Assembly (NCBI GenBank): GCA_964481355.1
Contig: CAYZWQ010000003.1
Location: forward strand, 1 to 37,661
From: an uncultured Chitinophagales bacterium
GTDB lineage: Bacteria; Bacteroidota; Rhodothermia; Balneolales; CAYWCV01
Length of the DNA: 37,661 nt
Direction of reading: 5' to 3'
A model generated the notes under the pieces. It saw nothing but the letters and a program-made list of their open reading frames with translations. It searched no databases and was not told where the DNA came from. The position numbers and the translations under genes were made by a program. Below, piece by piece: positions 35,146-37,661 of the stretch (its first letter is position 1; every line of letters starts with the position of its first letter).

Positions 35146-35654
35146 TCGAGACCTCCTGTGTGGTGCTCAAGAACCGACTTTTGGGCCCTGACGAAGGCAT
35201 TGGTCAAAACCCCGATACGGCGCTGTTGCAGATCGAGTATGTTTATAATAAAGATAGTAAAAAGCCGCTCCGGTTTGGAGCGGAAATAGTCCATCACGAT
35301 GGACCGTCGGAATTTGATCACCGTCGTCGGCTCTAGAGCAATCACACTGGCCATACGAGATCCTTTGCCGAACAGGAAGACCTCCTCGAGGAAGCTGCCC
35401 GGACCAAAAGTACCCAGGTTAATTCCATCGCGGCTCTGTGACACTTTGCCGTCGAGAATAAGAAACGCCGTTTCGCAGGTCGGGTCGATTTCGTCGATCA
35501 CCCGTTGGCTGCGTTCGAATTTCTCCACCTCTCCGGCATGCAGGAGCTCATTCAAATCTTCGTGGGGAAAATTCCTGAAGATGGGGGGCGACTGAGCCAG
35601 CACCTTGTTCAGCTGCATCATCACGTGGTCGTCGTGTAAGCTTAGGTTCATCAT
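35142..35654 (-). CDS. Stand-alone cyclic-nucleotide-binding (CAP effector domain) protein, no DNA-binding domain
   Basis: 170 aa. Pattern FRNFPHEDLNELLHAGEVEKFERSQRVIDE....AFLILDGKV...GTFGPGSFLEEVFLFGKGSRMASVIALEPTTVIKF matches a cNMP-binding beta-roll with the phosphate-binding-cassette Glu/Arg, followed by a C-helix. No HTH follows. Confidence 0.75.
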   Translation of the reverse strand: MMNLSLHDDHVMMQLNKVLAQSPPIFRNFPHEDLNELLHAGEVEKFERSQRVIDEIDPTCETAFLILDGKVSQSRDGINLGTFGPGSFLEEVFLFGKGSRMASVIALEPTTVIKFRRSIVMDYFRSKPERLFTIFIINILDLQQRRIGVLTNAFVRAQKSVLEHHTGGLE

Positions 35655-35663
35655 GGCTTCGTG

Positions 35664-36179
35664 TCAATAGTATGTTTTTACATAGCTCAGGGTTACCGGA
35701 CCCCTCATGTCGGGATGGTTCACGGTTACCTGAAGTCGTTTATGCGAAGTTTTCGTGTTCGCATTGGTGGTCGGCGATCCGGCCTGTACATAGAATACGG
35801 TCGCGGTGAGGATGTAGGTTCCATAACCTGTGGCCCTGGTGATGTTCAAGCCATTGTAGTCGTCAAAATCGTTGAATTCGGGATAGACTTCGCCGGCATC
35901 GGGTCCCAAGCTGTCGGGCGCAGTGAATCCGGATGGAATAAGTGCCGTAGGAATCCGTGGATCCCTTAGCCGGTCGATCCTGTAGTCGACACGCTTGTCG
36001 AATACACGCACCCTCGCCTCCTCGACGATGCTCTGGGCCATGCTGATGCCGTTGTATTCCACTTCCGACTCGACGGTCATCTCGGTGGTGTTAACCATGG
36101 AACGGTTGATGGTGTTGGCGAACAGCCCGAACACCAAAACCGCGGCAATCACATATAAAACGTCCGATATGTCATTCAT
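35664..36179 (-). CDS. PilV/GspI-like minor-pilin-like protein lacking a canonical prepilin leader
   Basis: MNDISDVLYVIAAVLVFGLF N-terminal helix. Has the FNDFDDYNG motif and the ...ATVFYV... pattern typical of PilV-type minor pilins. GGAG SD 6 nt upstream. Confidence 0.55.
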   Translation of the reverse strand: MNDISDVLYVIAAVLVFGLFANTINRSMVNTTEMTVESEVEYNGISMAQSIVEEARVRVFDKRVDYRIDRLRDPRIPTALIPSGFTAPDSLGPDAGEVYPEFNDFDDYNGLNITRATGYGTYILTATVFYVQAGSPTTNANTKTSHKRLQVTVNHPDMRGPVTLSYVKTYY

Positions 36180-36218
36180 GATCGTCTCCGATCGTTGTTT
36201 GTTTGACGCCGACCTGCG

Positions 36219-37661
36219 TCAGGCATCGATGGTGATCGCAATGATCTCCTCGATGGTGGTCAGACCCTCCTTGATACGCTCGCGTCCGCTGGCACGCATG
36301 GTGAGCATGCCGTTGCTTATGGCGATGTCTCGGATTTGGTCTTCATCGACATTTTCGCCGGCGTTAAAAATCGCATGTTTGATCTTCTTGTCGAAAAATA
36401 AGGCTTCCATGATCGCAATACGGCCCTTGTAGCCGTTGCGGCATTTGTTGCAGCCCACCGCCTTGTAAAATTTGGTTGAGGCAATCTCCTCGTCGGTGAA
36501 CCCGATCGATCGTGGCACGGCAGGTTCCATGTCGGTGATCTCTTCCTTGCACACATTGCATAATTTGCGCACCAATCGCTGGGCCATCACCAGATTGATG
36601 GCACTTGCAATAAGGAAGGGCTCGACACCCATCTTGAACAGACGGGAGATGGCGCTCGGCGCGTCGTTAGTGTGCAGGGTCGAAAACGTGAGGTGACCCG
36701 TGTTGGCCAACTTGATGGCAATTTCGGCGGTCTTCAAATCCCGGATCTCGCCCACGAGCACGATGTCGGGGTCATGCCGCAAAATGCCTCGCATGGCTTC
36801 GTCGAAGCTCATCTTCTCGGAGATCTTGAGCTGGCGCGCACCCTTGATAAGATATTCGACCGGCTCTTCGACCGTGAGTACGTTCACCTGGGGGTTGATC
36901 ACAGTGTACAGTGCGGCGACAAGGGTCGTCGACTTACCCGAACCGGTCGGACCGGTGATGATGATCATCCCCTGTGGCAGGTGGATGGCCTTCACGATTT
37001 GGGCCTGGGCCTGGTGCTGCAGACCCAGCAAGTTCAGGTCGGTGATGACCTTGCGATCGTCGAGGATCCGGATAACGATGGACTCGAGCTTGCGTTCGTA
37101 CTCCTGGCCCACAATCGGCATGATGGAGACGCGGAAACGCAGCTGGTGTTCGTCGATGCGCCGCTGGATGAAGCCGTCCTGAGACATGTCGCGGACGAAT
37201 CGGTCCACGTTGCGGGTCTTGTCTTTCACGACCGCCGACAGGGCCTCCGACTTCACGCCGGTCTGCGTGTGCCACAGCCCCAGCTTGCCGTCCTGGCGGA
37301 AGTAGATGTCGGTGGTGTTGCCCACGCCGGGTATGATGTGGATGTCGCTCACACCCTGACGCACGGCCTCGACCAGCATGCCCTCGACGAGGGAGTTGAG
37401 CATGCTCTGGTTGATTTCGGCGTCGATCTCGGCCTCGTCGATGCCTTCCTCTTCCTGCGATATAGTGCCAGTGTCGAACTCGATGTCCTCGAGCAAGTCG
37501 AGGAACTCGTTCTTCTTCTCGTACACCACACCGGTGATGGCATCGAACACGTCGAGACGCATGTAAGCCACCTCGTACGACTTGAGGTTCAGCGAGTTCG
37601 CGATTACCAAAATCTCTGGATCGGTCGGGTCGGCGGCACCGATGACGAGCGATCCCCTTTC
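36219..37661 (-). CDS. pilB: PilB/GspE-family assembly ATPase, 5'-truncated by the window edge
   Basis: Walker A GPTGSGKSTT, Asp box TVEEPVEY, Walker B DPDIVLVGEIRD, His box GHLTFSTLHTNDA, and tetracysteine CNVC...CNKC. The reading frame stays open from 37610 to 37661 (ERGSLVIGAADPTDPEI, T2SSE_N-like), so the real start lies beyond the window. Confidence 0.92.
   Translation of the reverse strand, partial: ERGSLVIGAADPTDPEILVIANSLNLKSYEVAYMRLDVFDAITGVVYEKKNEFLDLLEDIEFDTGTISQEEEGIDEAEIDAEINQSMLNSLVEGMLVEAVRQGVSDIHIIPGVGNTTDIYFRQDGKLGLWHTQTGVKSEALSAVVKDKTRNVDRFVRDMSQDGFIQRRIDEHQLRFRVSIMPIVGQEYERKLESIVIRILDDRKVITDLNLLGLQHQAQAQIVKAIHLPQGMIIITGPTGSGKSTTLVAALYTVINPQVNVLTVEEPVEYLIKGARQLKISEKMSFDEAMRGILRHDPDIVLVGEIRDLKTAEIAIKLANTGHLTFSTLHTNDAPSAISRLFKMGVEPFLIASAINLVMAQRLVRKLCNVCKEEITDMEPAVPRSIGFTDEEIASTKFYKAVGCNKCRNGYKGRIAIMEALFFDKKIKHAIFNAGENVDEDQIRDIAISNGMLTMRASGRERIKEGLTTIEEIIAITIDA

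Noticed and set aside
1-37661. Mobile elements, prophage, integrative islands, tRNA/rRNA genes
   Set aside because: I recognised no transposase, integrase, phage structural or tRNA-like sequences in any frame or spacer. The largest spacers (9226-9451, 11027-11229, 19610-19848) lack tRNA-type conserved arms.

Overview
GC-rich chromosomal segment, probably from an FCB-superphylum bacterium (Bacteroidota/Rhodothermota/Ignavibacteriota-like). The markers are a T9SS-type C-terminal sorting domain on a secreted M1 peptidase, a gldC homologue, and start codons that mostly lack Shine-Dalgarno motifs. There are no rRNA or tRNA genes, CRISPR arrays, transposases or integrases. Positions 1-28.3 kb are tightly packed housekeeping and metabolic genes: NPP phosphodiesterase, M1 aminopeptidase, an lhgO-osmC-metZ-ydiJ-like operon, an orphan PAS histidine kinase, DUF1905, recN, lon, rluD, gldC, nth, prolyl oligopeptidase, a SAM methyltransferase, priA, scpB, rluB with a long repeat-rich N-terminus, an alpha/beta hydrolase, a TPR-like secreted protein and a YgjP-like metallopeptidase. 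Three convergent gene pairs abut or overlap at their stop codons. The most interesting part is 28.3-37.7 kb, a nine-gene minus-strand type IV filament operon that runs off the right edge. Its order is pilB (5'-truncated by the window), PilV-like, a stand-alone cNMP-binding protein, PilW-like, PilX-like, a divergent pilT, a PilM-PilN fusion, a PilO-PilP fusion and a small secretin. The three minor-pilin-like proteins lack the canonical prepilin leader (no Gly-1, no Glu+5). The cyclic-nucleotide sensor is translationally coupled inside the minor-pilin block. Strong SD sites are concentrated in this operon. Other notable structure: three arrays of STRR-like heptanucleotide tandem repeats, two of them placing an ATG every 7 nt at the 5' ends of secreted-protein genes; eleven 42-bp in-frame repeats in rluB; and a 9-bp inverted repeat in the recN-lon divergent spacer.
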